From the NCBI GenBank assembly GCA_902542925.1, contig CACBWF010000001.1, forward strand, positions 41,569-105,568: a stretch of DNA of 64,000 nt. The letters run 5' to 3'. Position numbers and translations under genes: made by a program. The stretch is from an uncultured Alphaproteobacteria bacterium. Lineage in GTDB: Bacteria > Pseudomonadota > Alphaproteobacteria > Methylaequorales > Methylaequoraceae. How positions within the stretch are numbered: the stretch's first letter is position 1; the number at the start of each line of letters is the position of its first letter. A model generated the notes under the pieces. The model saw nothing but the letters and a program-made list of their open reading frames with translations, was not told the origin of the DNA and made no database searches. Below, piece by piece: positions 37,644-47,527 of this stretch.

Positions 37644-39344
37644 ATGCAAAATATAAATTCCAATCAAATTAGTTTTTTAAAGCAATTAATTGACAAAAAT
37701 CAATTTAGTGAAGCTCACCATCAGATAAATAAATTTATAGAATCTAAAAATATGAATCCAGATGTAATAAATTTGAAAGGTGTTTTATTTAAAAAACAAA
37801 AAAAATATAAAATAGCAAAAAAATATTTCATGCTTAATATTAAAAATTACCCTTTAGACCCTTCTTGTAATTTTAATTTAGCTAACCTTTTTGCAGAAAT
37901 GAATCAATTTGACAAAGCAATTTATTATTACAAAAGAACAGAAAAATATGGAACATCTAAACTTGTTTTTTCAGCATTAAATAACCTTGGTGTGATATTT
38001 AAAAAAAAAAAAGATTTTAATAAGGCTCTTCAATACTTCAACAAAGCAAGAAAAAACCAACCTAACGTTTGGTATACGTACAACAATATAGCTGATGTAT
38101 ATTTTGAAATAGAAAATTACAAAAAAGCACTTAATTTTTATGAAGAATCAGAAAAAAAAAATCCAAATTTATGCATGAATAAGGCAAATACTCTTAGATA
38201 TTTAGGAAAATATAATGAATCAAGAAAACTACTTGAAAAGATATTATCAACTAAAAAAAATGATTTTTTAGTAGCATACAATTTAGCAAATGTTTATTTG
38301 GAATTAGGTTTTTTTAAAAAATCTATTGAAATGTTAAAGAGATCTATCCTGTTAAAGCCAAACTTTTTTGATGCTTTATATTGTTTATCAAGGATAAATT
38401 TCTTGTTAAATAAACAAAATGAATTTGCAAAGTTTCATCATTACCGATGCTATTTAAGGGAACACTTTACAACAAAAATTCTTGAAGACAAAAAATCAAA
38501 ATATAAGTTTGAAGATGCAGTTCAATCTGCATCAAACAAAATAATTTTTTATGCTGAACAAGGTATTGGTGATGAAATATTTTTTGCTTCATTGATAAAC
38601 AGTTTTACAAAAGAATATGAAAATGAAGTTGCAATATGTTGTTCAAACAGGTTAAAAAATATTTTTAAACTTTCATTTCCAAATAATTTAATTATTGATG
38701 AAAATGATTTAAAAAATAAAAAAAACTTAAATAGTTTTGAAATTCAACTACCTATTGGATCCCTACTAGAGAATTTTAAACCAAAAAAAATGTCAAAGAA
38801 TTTTGGAAAACAATATTTGTTTTCAAATGCAGAACTAAATTTAAAATGGAAAAAACAACTAAGGTTTGATAATTCTTATAAAATTGGCATATCCTGGTCA
38901 GGAGGGGCAACAAAATTTCAACAAAGCAAAAGAACATTACCATTAAAAATGTTTTTAGATGTTTTTTCAACAAATGTTTGTTTAATAAATTTACAGTACG
39001 GGTCAGAAAGGTTTAAGTTAAAAAAATATCAACAAACCTTTAAAAGAAATATTATTGATTTTGTTGACATAGAATCTAGTGATAATTTTGATGATTATTT
39101 TTCACTCATAAGTCAGTTAGATTTAGTTATTACATGTGATAATACTGTTGCTCATATAGCAGGATCACTTGGCATTAAGACGTATCTTCTTTTGAATAAA
39201 ATACCCGACTTTAGGTGGGGTATAAAATCAAATAAAACACCCTTTTATCAAAGTATCGAAATAATAAGGCAAATAAAAAATAATTCGTGGAAAGAACCAT
39301 TAAAAATTCTCAAAGAAAAGATTAACACCTTGATTAAAAATTAG
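37644..39344 (+). CDS. TPR-repeat protein with C-terminal GT9-like glycosyltransferase domain; second FlmG-like paralog
   Basis: TPR repeats. C-terminus KIGISWSGGATKFQQSKRTLPL...VITCDNTVAHIAGSLGIKTYLLLNKIPDFRWG is homologous to the C-terminus of the 25448-27031 protein. Confidence 0.55.
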   Translation: MQNINSNQISFLKQLIDKNQFSEAHHQINKFIESKNMNPDVINLKGVLFKKQKKYKIAKKYFMLNIKNYPLDPSCNFNLANLFAEMNQFDKAIYYYKRTEKYGTSKLVFSALNNLGVIFKKKKDFNKALQYFNKARKNQPNVWYTYNNIADVYFEIENYKKALNFYEESEKKNPNLCMNKANTLRYLGKYNESRKLLEKILSTKKNDFLVAYNLANVYLELGFFKKSIEMLKRSILLKPNFFDALYCLSRINFLLNKQNEFAKFHHYRCYLREHFTTKILEDKKSKYKFEDAVQSASNKIIFYAEQGIGDEIFFASLINSFTKEYENEVAICCSNRLKNIFKLSFPNNLIIDENDLKNKKNLNSFEIQLPIGSLLENFKPKKMSKNFGKQYLFSNAELNLKWKKQLRFDNSYKIGISWSGGATKFQQSKRTLPLKMFLDVFSTNVCLINLQYGSERFKLKKYQQTFKRNIIDFVDIESSDNFDDYFSLISQLDLVITCDNTVAHIAGSLGIKTYLLLNKIPDFRWGIKSNKTPFYQSIEIIRQIKNNSWKEPLKILKEKINTLIKN

Positions 39345-39347
39345 GTC

Positions 39348-40031
39348 ATGCATTTTTTAAATAAAAAACTTTTTATTCATATTCCAAAAACTGGAGGTAG
39401 TTGGCTTGAACATAATCTTAATAAATATTCTGATGACAAAAAATATACCATAAAGGAATCAAGAAGAGATAATTTTGGAATTAGGGGAAAAATATCTACA
39501 CAAAAACACAATCTATTAGCTGAATACAAATATTTGTTGAAAAAAAAATACAATTCATATGATATTTTTACCATAATAAGAAATCCAGTTTCTAGACTCA
39601 TTTCTTACTACTTTTCCCCAGATATTTGGAAAGTGGAAACATCATCAGGAACGAAACACATAGACGAGGATCAAATAAAGTTTGATATTAATTTTTTTCA
39701 AAAAATTTGTAATGACGCTCTTACTTGTTGCGATTATATAAATGAAGACTTTAGTCCCAACGTATTAAGATTTAACTTAAGATCTTATATTCAATATTAC
39801 AGAAATAAAATATTAACAAATATTGATATATATAGATTTGAGAACTTTGAGTGTGAAATTAGCAAATTATTAAAAAATCATTCATTTAAAATTAATTTAG
39901 AAAATATTAAGAAAAAAGTTTACGCCTCTAAAAATTCTGAAAAAAAAAAATCTCTTGAAAAAAGTCTTGAAGTTAAACAAGTGGTTGAAAGATCAAAACA
40001 CATAGTAGATCTCGAATTATTTTACAACTAA
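39348..40031 (+). CDS. Putative sulfotransferase
   Basis: N-terminus FIHIPKTGGSW resembles the PAPS-binding 5'PSB loop of sulfotransferases. Confidence 0.4.
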   Translation: MHFLNKKLFIHIPKTGGSWLEHNLNKYSDDKKYTIKESRRDNFGIRGKISTQKHNLLAEYKYLLKKKYNSYDIFTIIRNPVSRLISYYFSPDIWKVETSSGTKHIDEDQIKFDINFFQKICNDALTCCDYINEDFSPNVLRFNLRSYIQYYRNKILTNIDIYRFENFECEISKLLKNHSFKINLENIKKKVYASKNSEKKKSLEKSLEVKQVVERSKHIVDLELFYN

Positions 40032-40087
40032 GAAAATATAAAATCTAATACTTTGAGTGAATAGAAAAATAAAGACTTTTATACATA

Positions 40088-40876
40088 ATGGCATGTTCTT
40101 TGCTGAGATATTTTATGTATGAACAATCTCAAATTTTAACACCCAGTATCAAAACCTCATTAAATGATTTAATGACTGTAGAAGAGTTAGTTACTTTTGC
40201 TAAAAACCACAGAGCATCAAATCATCCTATCTACAAAAAATTTATTAACTTGAACAATAAAGATAATTTAGAACTTCTTAGATATTATTCTATACAATAC
40301 AAAAAATTTTCATCAGACTTTTGTAATTATATTACAAATGTTTTGTCATTAGCACCATATGGCTTAAATATTGATTGTATTATAGAGAATTTGAATGAAG
40401 AGAATGGAGATTTATCTCAAAAGGGCTTCAAATCTTATCCTCACAAAAAATTATATAATCTTTTCTTAGAAGAACTTACAGATCACACTAAAAACTCAAT
40501 AAAAACCACTTACATTAGCGAAGTACATGATTGGCATAAAGAAATTTTAGAAATTTCTAAGACATCTTTTGCATCTGGAGTTGGAGCACTTGGAATAGGA
40601 AATGAACTCGTGGTTCCTCAAATATATCAAAATATTTTAAAAGGGCTCAATACATCAAAAAAATTTTCAAAACGTGCAATTTTCTTTTTTGAATTACATT
40701 CTGAATGTGATGTTAAACATAGTGAAGATTTTATTAACATATCAATTAAGATTTCAAACAAATATGAGAATTTAAGAGACCTAAATAATGGAGTCAAAAA
40801 AATGCTTTTCTTAAGAGAAAGGTTTTGTGACAAAATTCTGATGAACTTTAATGAAAAAAACAGAAACTATATATAA
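40088..40876 (+). CDS. Hypothetical protein, possibly heme-oxygenase-like or iron-containing redox enzyme fold
   Basis: Weak resemblance only. Confidence 0.25.
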   Translation: MACSLLRYFMYEQSQILTPSIKTSLNDLMTVEELVTFAKNHRASNHPIYKKFINLNNKDNLELLRYYSIQYKKFSSDFCNYITNVLSLAPYGLNIDCIIENLNEENGDLSQKGFKSYPHKKLYNLFLEELTDHTKNSIKTTYISEVHDWHKEILEISKTSFASGVGALGIGNELVVPQIYQNILKGLNTSKKFSKRAIFFFELHSECDVKHSEDFINISIKISNKYENLRDLNNGVKKMLFLRERFCDKILMNFNEKNRNYI

Positions 40877-41594
40877 TAAAAATGCAGATTTTTGGTCTAG
40901 AAATAAACCTTTAAGTCTTTCTGACTTTACTGCTAGAGATTATCTATTTAAATATCTTGGGAAACTAAATAATTTAAAAATAGCGGATATTGGATGCGGT
41001 GAAGGATATTGTTCAAGAGAGTTTATAAAATTTGGTGCAAAGCATATTATTGGAGTTGATTCATCTAAATCTATGATTCAAAATGCCAACAAAAACGTTT
41101 TTAAAAGTCAAAATGAAACATTCATTCATGCGGATCTAAAAAGAAATATCCCTAAGGAAATATTTAAATGCGATATAATTTGTGCAATTTTTCTATTTAA
41201 TTACATAGATAATAATAATATGCAAAAAATATTTAATCAGATTGCATTAAAAAAAAAAAAAAAAACCAGGTTTATTTTTACTCTACCACACCCAATATTT
41301 CCTTTTATTTATAAAAAAAAATTCCCTTTTTCATTTACAAATAACTCAAAAGATTATTTTGATAGTTCCAACAAATGTTTTGATGGAAAAATTTATAGAA
41401 TTGATGATGTTATTTTACCAATTAAAATGTACCATAGAACATTTGAAAAAATTTTCGAAATTATTAGAAGTGCTGGATTTAATAGAATAATTCATTTTAA
41501 GGAGTTAGGGGTAAATAAATCATTAATTAATAAAAATAAAAAATTTTTTGGTCCTCTGCAAGGGATTCCACTTCATATATTAATTGAGGTTTAA
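40851..41594 (+). CDS. Class I SAM-dependent methyltransferase (contains an A17 homopolymer)
   Basis: Motif I KIADIGCGEGY. Lys-run KKKKK is encoded by 17 consecutive A residues at 41249-41265. Confidence 0.65.
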   Translation: MKKTETIYNKNADFWSRNKPLSLSDFTARDYLFKYLGKLNNLKIADIGCGEGYCSREFIKFGAKHIIGVDSSKSMIQNANKNVFKSQNETFIHADLKRNIPKEIFKCDIICAIFLFNYIDNNNMQKIFNQIALKKKKKTRFIFTLPHPIFPFIYKKKFPFSFTNNSKDYFDSSNKCFDGKIYRIDDVILPIKMYHRTFEKIFEIIRSAGFNRIIHFKELGVNKSLINKNKKFFGPLQGIPLHILIEV

Positions 41595-42833
41595 TTGATG
41601 GATTCCTTTCTTCCAAGAGCTAACGATATTTGTTTTTGCGGTTGTTTAAGATCTTTAGCAGAAACTACAACAAATATTTATCCACTTTTATATAACTGGG
41701 AAAATTCTAACCCATGGTTTTCTGATCATTCAAAAGAATTAAAAGAAAAATTTAATGTTCCAAATCCTTTTGATGATTTACTCGGTTTTACATCAAGTAT
41801 TAAGTATATTAGCAAAGAAAAAAACCTTAAAACACCTCTTTATATTCCGACGAGTGATACTAATTTAATGGCGGCAAAACAAGATAATAGTCTAAGTAAA
41901 TTTTTAAAGTTTTTTGGGAATAAAAAAAATAACAAACTCATAAATGAGGTTATAAGTAAATTTTCAATGTATAGATTTTTAAAAAAAAATGATATTTTTA
42001 CTCCAAAAACTGTTTTATTAAAAAAAACAAGTCTGTTTAATGAAAACAAGGTAAAGGGTTTAAATTTTCCAATTGTGTTTAAACCAAATGAAAAAGATTA
42101 TAATCAATCATTTTATTTACTAGCAAATGGTTTAAAGGCCGTAAAGTGTTCTAATCTTGAAGAATTGAAGAAAAAAATAAAAAGCTTTTCAAATTATATT
42201 GGAGAACTTGTTATACAGGAATATATTCCTTTTAATACTAAAAGTGATGAACTTCCTTTTTATGCTTCAACTGACAATTATGGAAATATACGAGCTCAAA
42301 CTTGTGCAATAAAACACTTAGTTACTCCAAAATCATTTGGTACAGCTTATATACTTGGTATTAAAAAAGCACCAAATGAAATAAAAAAAATAGCTCATAA
42401 AATAATCAAACTTCTAAATTGGTCTGGTCCAATAATGATAGAATTCATAAAACATGAAAAGTCTGGAAAATGGTATGTAATAGAAATTAATGGGAGACCT
42501 TGGTTAATGATTGATTTTTTTAGAAGAGTTGGTTTTAATTTTTTGAAATCGTTTTTTGAAAGAACATCTAATGACGATGTTTGGGAACCACAAAAAAAAG
42601 ACGAATTAAAGCTTCATATTGATTACTCTAAAGTTTTTTTTAACCATTTGAAGAATTCAAACCTTAAGGCAATTGAAAAGGAAATGGATAATTTAAATAG
42701 TACAATATCTTTCACCTTTTTTGATCCAAATGATCCAAATCCTGGGTATGCTGAAATAAATTACAATTCCAAAAAATATAATCTTAATGAAAAACAACTG
42801 TTACAATTAATTGAAAAGTTTGCTTCCTTTTAA
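41595..42833 (+). CDS. ATP-grasp domain protein
   Basis: GELVIQEYIP...KWYVIEINGRPW matches the ATP-grasp C-terminal motif. Confidence 0.5.
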   Translation: MMDSFLPRANDICFCGCLRSLAETTTNIYPLLYNWENSNPWFSDHSKELKEKFNVPNPFDDLLGFTSSIKYISKEKNLKTPLYIPTSDTNLMAAKQDNSLSKFLKFFGNKKNNKLINEVISKFSMYRFLKKNDIFTPKTVLLKKTSLFNENKVKGLNFPIVFKPNEKDYNQSFYLLANGLKAVKCSNLEELKKKIKSFSNYIGELVIQEYIPFNTKSDELPFYASTDNYGNIRAQTCAIKHLVTPKSFGTAYILGIKKAPNEIKKIAHKIIKLLNWSGPIMIEFIKHEKSGKWYVIEINGRPWLMIDFFRRVGFNFLKSFFERTSNDDVWEPQKKDELKLHIDYSKVFFNHLKNSNLKAIEKEMDNLNSTISFTFFDPNDPNPGYAEINYNSKKYNLNEKQLLQLIEKFASF

Positions 42834-42881
42834 AATTGTTATCTTTTTGGTGGCATATATATTGCTCAATTACTTAAAAGT

Positions 42882-44342
42882 GTGGTGAAAGTGCTTCAAA
42901 GTCAGAATTTAATAAAAATAAATACTAAAATTAAACAGAAACCTCTTTATACAAAACTAAATAATTTCTTAGATGAATCAATAACATTTGATCAAGAAAA
43001 AATTAGTAAAATTGTTAATATTTCATGTAAATTGGCAAGTGAATTAGATAATTGGTTTTTTTATTTTATTAAAGAGTTCATTAGTAAATATACATCAACA
43101 AACAATATAGACTATGCAATACATATTGAAACCCTATTTGCGTCACAATTTTTAAAAAAAAATGAATCTGAAAATAGCTACGAAAAATTTTATAGCGCAC
43201 TTAACTCTGCTTACAAGAATGTTCCAATACATAAATTAGAAACTAATAATAAACTTTCTAAAGGTGTTTTATTTGTAGTCCATACTCCATATTTCCTTGC
43301 TCATATTGAGCCTTTAAAATTATTATTATCTTCAAATACCAAAAAATATAACGAAAAAAATAATATTTCAATAATTACTCTTAGTGGATTTAATAAATTA
43401 TTTATAAAAACTTTTAAGGATTTAGGTGTAAATACATTTTCCCTTGATAAAATATTTTCTATAAGTGAAAAAATTAAAACAATTGGTTTATTAAAACAAA
43501 GACTTAAGTCAAAGCATATTGTGTGGCAATGTTGTCCTGTAGGACTAACTTATGCAACCAAAATTCTTCCTAATATTAATTGGTGGTCTCTTAAATTTCA
43601 CCCTAACATTCATGGTATTAAACACTACATAGGTGATATATCTTCAGGAAAAGACTTCATAATTAATAAGAGAAAATGGAAAAAATTTAAAGCTTCTGTT
43701 CATTTCAAAAATTTAAATTCAAAACCTAATAATTTTTTTTCAAGAAAAAAACTATTCGGCTGTTTTTGTAGAGAAGAATTAATTGATAATGAATACTTTT
43801 GGTTAAATATCAAATTAATCCTTAGTAATAATTTAAAAACAATGTTTTGTTATACTGGAAGAACATCCGTGCATTTACATTGGATAAAAAAACTTGGTAT
43901 AAATTCATCACAAATCCTTTTTTTAGGGTGGCTAGACGAGCCGCATGAATACATAAAAAAATGCGCATTTCTAATTGACCCTTTTCCATGGGGTCATGGA
44001 TTAATGGCAAGAGAAGCTATACTTGCTAGTATTCCAATCTTATATAAAGAACATTCAAAGTTGGAAGAGTTTTCACCCATTCAAAAAATTTTAGCAAGTA
44101 ATAAAAGGGATTATACAAAAATAAAAAAAACAAAAAAAAAAATTTCAAATACTTTGTTAACACAATCTACAAATTATAATTCGAAAAAAGATCTTATACA
44201 TAAAGCTAACCTTTTATTTAATAATGAGACATATAATGTCTGGGTTGGAAAAGCTTATAAAAGACTTCTACTAAATACAAAGGATTTTTCTGGTGAAAGT
44301 TGGAATGCTTTTCAAAAAATCTTAGATAGTAGTAATTTTTAA
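42882..44342 (+). CDS. Putative GT-B fold glycosyltransferase (SPINDLY/GT41-like C-terminal lobe)
   Basis: LIDPFPWGHGLMAREAILASIPIL resembles the DTFPYNGHTTxxDALWMGVPV region of GT41 enzymes. Confidence 0.35.
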   Translation: MVKVLQSQNLIKINTKIKQKPLYTKLNNFLDESITFDQEKISKIVNISCKLASELDNWFFYFIKEFISKYTSTNNIDYAIHIETLFASQFLKKNESENSYEKFYSALNSAYKNVPIHKLETNNKLSKGVLFVVHTPYFLAHIEPLKLLLSSNTKKYNEKNNISIITLSGFNKLFIKTFKDLGVNTFSLDKIFSISEKIKTIGLLKQRLKSKHIVWQCCPVGLTYATKILPNINWWSLKFHPNIHGIKHYIGDISSGKDFIINKRKWKKFKASVHFKNLNSKPNNFFSRKKLFGCFCREELIDNEYFWLNIKLILSNNLKTMFCYTGRTSVHLHWIKKLGINSSQILFLGWLDEPHEYIKKCAFLIDPFPWGHGLMAREAILASIPILYKEHSKLEEFSPIQKILASNKRDYTKIKKTKKKISNTLLTQSTNYNSKKDLIHKANLLFNNETYNVWVGKAYKRLLLNTKDFSGESWNAFQKILDSSNF

Positions 44343-44383
44343 AATTTAGGCACTGTAATTGCAATAATAAATAAAGGTTTTTT

Positions 44384-45277
44384 ATGATTGGTATTATTGC
44401 AGCTGGAGGATATGGTACAAGACTTTATCCATTTAATATTACAACAAATAAGCATTTGTTGCCTGTAAACGATAAACCACTAATCTATTACCCAATAACT
44501 AACCTAATAGCAGCAGGTATAAAAAAAATAATACTATGCTCTGACTTTAATCATCTGAAGAGCTTTAAACAATTACTAGGTAATGGAAAAAAGTTAGGGT
44601 GTAAGTTTGAATATGTAGAACAAAAAAAACCTAATGGAATACCAGAGGTTTTGCTGTTATGTAAAAGATTCGTTAAAAAAAATCAAAGTGTGACATTACT
44701 TCTTGGGGATAATATTTTTGTAGCAGGAGGAGATTTTTCAAAAAATCTTTCAAAAAAAACAACTAAAGGTGCCTCAATTTTTGCGGTAAAAGTTTCTAAC
44801 CCATCTAGATTTGGTGTTATAGAATTAAAGGGTAAAAAAATTCTATCAATTCAGGAAAAACCTAGACATCCAAAAAGTAACTATATAATCCCAGGTGCTT
44901 ATAAGTTTAATTACTCATGTTTTGATTTAATTAAACAACTCAAACCTTCTGTAAGAAACGAATTAGAAATAATTGAATTAATAAATCAGTATTTATTTAA
45001 GGATCAGTTAGAAGTAAATATTTTGCGAAGAGGATGTGCATGGTTTGATGCTGGCACACCAAATTCAATTCAGCAAGCATCAAACTATATTTATCAAATT
45101 GAAAAAAATATGGGGTTTAAAATTGGTTGTCCAGAAGAGGCAGCATTTTACAAGGGCTTTATAACTAGGTTCCAATTACAAAAAAATATAAATCAAATGC
45201 CAGAATGCGAATACAGAGACTATTTACAAAAGGTAATGGATGATAGAAACGAAAATAATCTTAATTTGGTAGCATAA
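44384..45277 (+). CDS. Sugar-1-phosphate nucleotidyltransferase (RmlA-like glucose-1-phosphate thymidylyltransferase)
   Basis: N-terminus MIGIIAAGGYGTRLYPFNITTNKHLLPV. Confidence 0.7.
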   Translation: MIGIIAAGGYGTRLYPFNITTNKHLLPVNDKPLIYYPITNLIAAGIKKIILCSDFNHLKSFKQLLGNGKKLGCKFEYVEQKKPNGIPEVLLLCKRFVKKNQSVTLLLGDNIFVAGGDFSKNLSKKTTKGASIFAVKVSNPSRFGVIELKGKKILSIQEKPRHPKSNYIIPGAYKFNYSCFDLIKQLKPSVRNELEIIELINQYLFKDQLEVNILRRGCAWFDAGTPNSIQQASNYIYQIEKNMGFKIGCPEEAAFYKGFITRFQLQKNINQMPECEYRDYLQKVMDDRNENNLNLVA

Positions 45278-46410
45278 TGCAAAAAATATCTTTCAATGAA
45301 TTCTCCTTAATTGGAAATGAAAAAAAATATCTCAATAATTTTATAAATTCAAAAAAAATTAGTGCTCCTAATATTTTTTCAAAAAAATGTGAAAAGCTTA
45401 TAAATAAAACTCTTAATATTAACTATAGTCTTTTGACCAATTCTTGCACATCTGCGCTAGAGGTTGCTTCGATATTATCAAAAATTAAAGCAGGTGATGA
45501 GGTAATAATGCCTTCTTTTACATTTTCTTCAACCGCAAACTCCATAGTATTATTAGGTGGAAAACCTGTTTTTGTTGATATTAATGAAACAACCTTAAAT
45601 ATCGATGCAAATGAAATTGAAAAGGCTATAACAAGAAAAACAAAAGCAATTATAGTTGTTCATTATGCAGGTATTGCAGCAGATATGCACAAAATTTTAA
45701 AAATTTGTAAAAAATATAAACTTTTATTAATAGAAGATGCTGCACAAGCATATGGATCTTTTTATAGAGATTTACCTTTAGGAAGCATAGGAGATTACGG
45801 TGCAATAAGTTTCCATCATACAAAAAACATTTCTTCAATTGAAGGTGGTTGTCTCATTATGAAAAAAAAAAATGATTTTATATTATCTCAATATATTTGT
45901 GATAAAGGAAATAATAGATATGATTTTGTAAATGGTAAAACTAATAAATATAATTGGGTTAATCTAGGGTCATCTTATAGAGCAAGCGAAGTGTCATCCT
46001 CAATTTTGCTTGCACAGTTAGAAAAACACGAAAATATCAAGAAAAATAGAATTAATCTTTGGGATAACTACCATGAAAACCTTAATGATTTAGAAAAATT
46101 AGGAAAAATTCAAAGACCCACCCTCCCAGATTATTGTCAACATAATGGCCATATGTACTACATTGTGCTCGATAAAATATTTGATAGAGCAAGAATTATT
46201 AAGAAACTTAGTAGATCTGGTATTGAGTCAACCTTCCACTACATACCACTACATAATTCTCCAGCTGGACTAAAATATGGAAAATTTGTTTCTGAAATGA
46301 AAGTAACCAATAATGTGTCAAAAAGAATTTTGAGATTACCATTACATAACAATTTATCCAAAAAACACATTGAAATAATTTGTGAAAAACTTAAAAGCTA
46401 TTTGAAATAG
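45277..46410 (+). CDS. DegT/DnrJ/EryC1/StrS family sugar aminotransferase
   Basis: LTNSCTSALEVA...ISFHHTKNISSIEGG. Confidence 0.75.
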   Translation: MQKISFNEFSLIGNEKKYLNNFINSKKISAPNIFSKKCEKLINKTLNINYSLLTNSCTSALEVASILSKIKAGDEVIMPSFTFSSTANSIVLLGGKPVFVDINETTLNIDANEIEKAITRKTKAIIVVHYAGIAADMHKILKICKKYKLLLIEDAAQAYGSFYRDLPLGSIGDYGAISFHHTKNISSIEGGCLIMKKKNDFILSQYICDKGNNRYDFVNGKTNKYNWVNLGSSYRASEVSSSILLAQLEKHENIKKNRINLWDNYHENLNDLEKLGKIQRPTLPDYCQHNGHMYYIVLDKIFDRARIIKKLSRSGIESTFHYIPLHNSPAGLKYGKFVSEMKVTNNVSKRILRLPLHNNLSKKHIEIICEKLKSYLK

Positions 46411-46417
46411 ATATACT

Positions 46418-47509
46418 ATGAGTGAAAAATTTTTAATTACAGGGGGTGCTGGTTTTATAGGTTCTGCTTTTTGTAGATTTTTAATTAATAAAACGAACAA
46501 CAAGGCAGTAATAGTTGACAAATTTTCTTATGGTTCAAATAAAAACTCATTATCAACAATTAAGAATTCTAAGAGAGTAAAAATATATGCTGAAGATTTA
46601 TGTGAATATGAAGCTGTAAAGAAAATTTTAATAAAAGAAAAACCTGACAAAATTATACATTTTGCAGCAGAAACACATGTTGATCATTCAATTGAAAATC
46701 CAAAAAAGTTTTTTATGAATAATTTACTTGCTACTTTTAATTTACTAGAGATAACAAAACATTATTATACAACATATCATAAAAATAAAAAATTTCTTTT
46801 TCATCATGTGTCAACAGATGAAGTGTTTGGTGATTCATTCGATCAATCAGTAAAATCGACAGAAAGTTCTGCTTATCTACCAAATTCACCTTACTCTGCA
46901 ACAAAGGCTGGTTCAGATCATTTAGTTAGAGCATGGGGGAAAACTTTTTGCCTACCAGTTACAATTTCATACTCTTCAAATAATTTTGGATCTTTTCAAG
47001 CAAATGATAAATTAATTCCAAAAGTTATTAAAAATGCTATTGAAGAAAAAACAATTCCAATTTATGGTGATGGATTACAAAAAAGAAACTGGATATATGT
47101 CGATGATAATGTTTCTGCAATTTATAAAATAGCTACTAAGTCTTCAGCTGGAGAAAAATATAATATTGCTGGAATTAATGAAATTACAAACATCGACGTT
47201 GTTAAAATGATTTGTAAAAAAATAGATTATTATTTCCTTAAAAAATATAAAATTTTAAGACAATCACATAAATTAATCAGATTTGTTAATGATCGAGTCG
47301 CACATGATAAGGTTTATAGTATTGATTCAAGTAAAATTAGAAAAAAATTTAAATGGAATGAAGTTGAAAACTTTGAATCAAATCTAGAAAAAACAATAAA
47401 ATGGTATTTTGAAAATTCTGTTTTTGATTTACCAAAAACTCAAGAAATCAATTCAAATTATTTAAATATTTCTAAGACGAAAGAAAATGGAAATTTTTTA
47501 AATATATAG
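46418..47509 (+). CDS. rmlB: dTDP-glucose 4,6-dehydratase (RmlB family)
   Basis: FLITGGAGFIGS Rossmann motif. YSATK catalytic YxxxK. Confidence 0.75.
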   Translation: MSEKFLITGGAGFIGSAFCRFLINKTNNKAVIVDKFSYGSNKNSLSTIKNSKRVKIYAEDLCEYEAVKKILIKEKPDKIIHFAAETHVDHSIENPKKFFMNNLLATFNLLEITKHYYTTYHKNKKFLFHHVSTDEVFGDSFDQSVKSTESSAYLPNSPYSATKAGSDHLVRAWGKTFCLPVTISYSSNNFGSFQANDKLIPKVIKNAIEEKTIPIYGDGLQKRNWIYVDDNVSAIYKIATKSSAGEKYNIAGINEITNIDVVKMICKKIDYYFLKKYKILRQSHKLIRFVNDRVAHDKVYSIDSSKIRKKFKWNEVENFESNLEKTIKWYFENSVFDLPKTQEINSNYLNISKTKENGNFLNI

Positions 47510-47527
47510 GATTAAGAAAGGTTTAAC

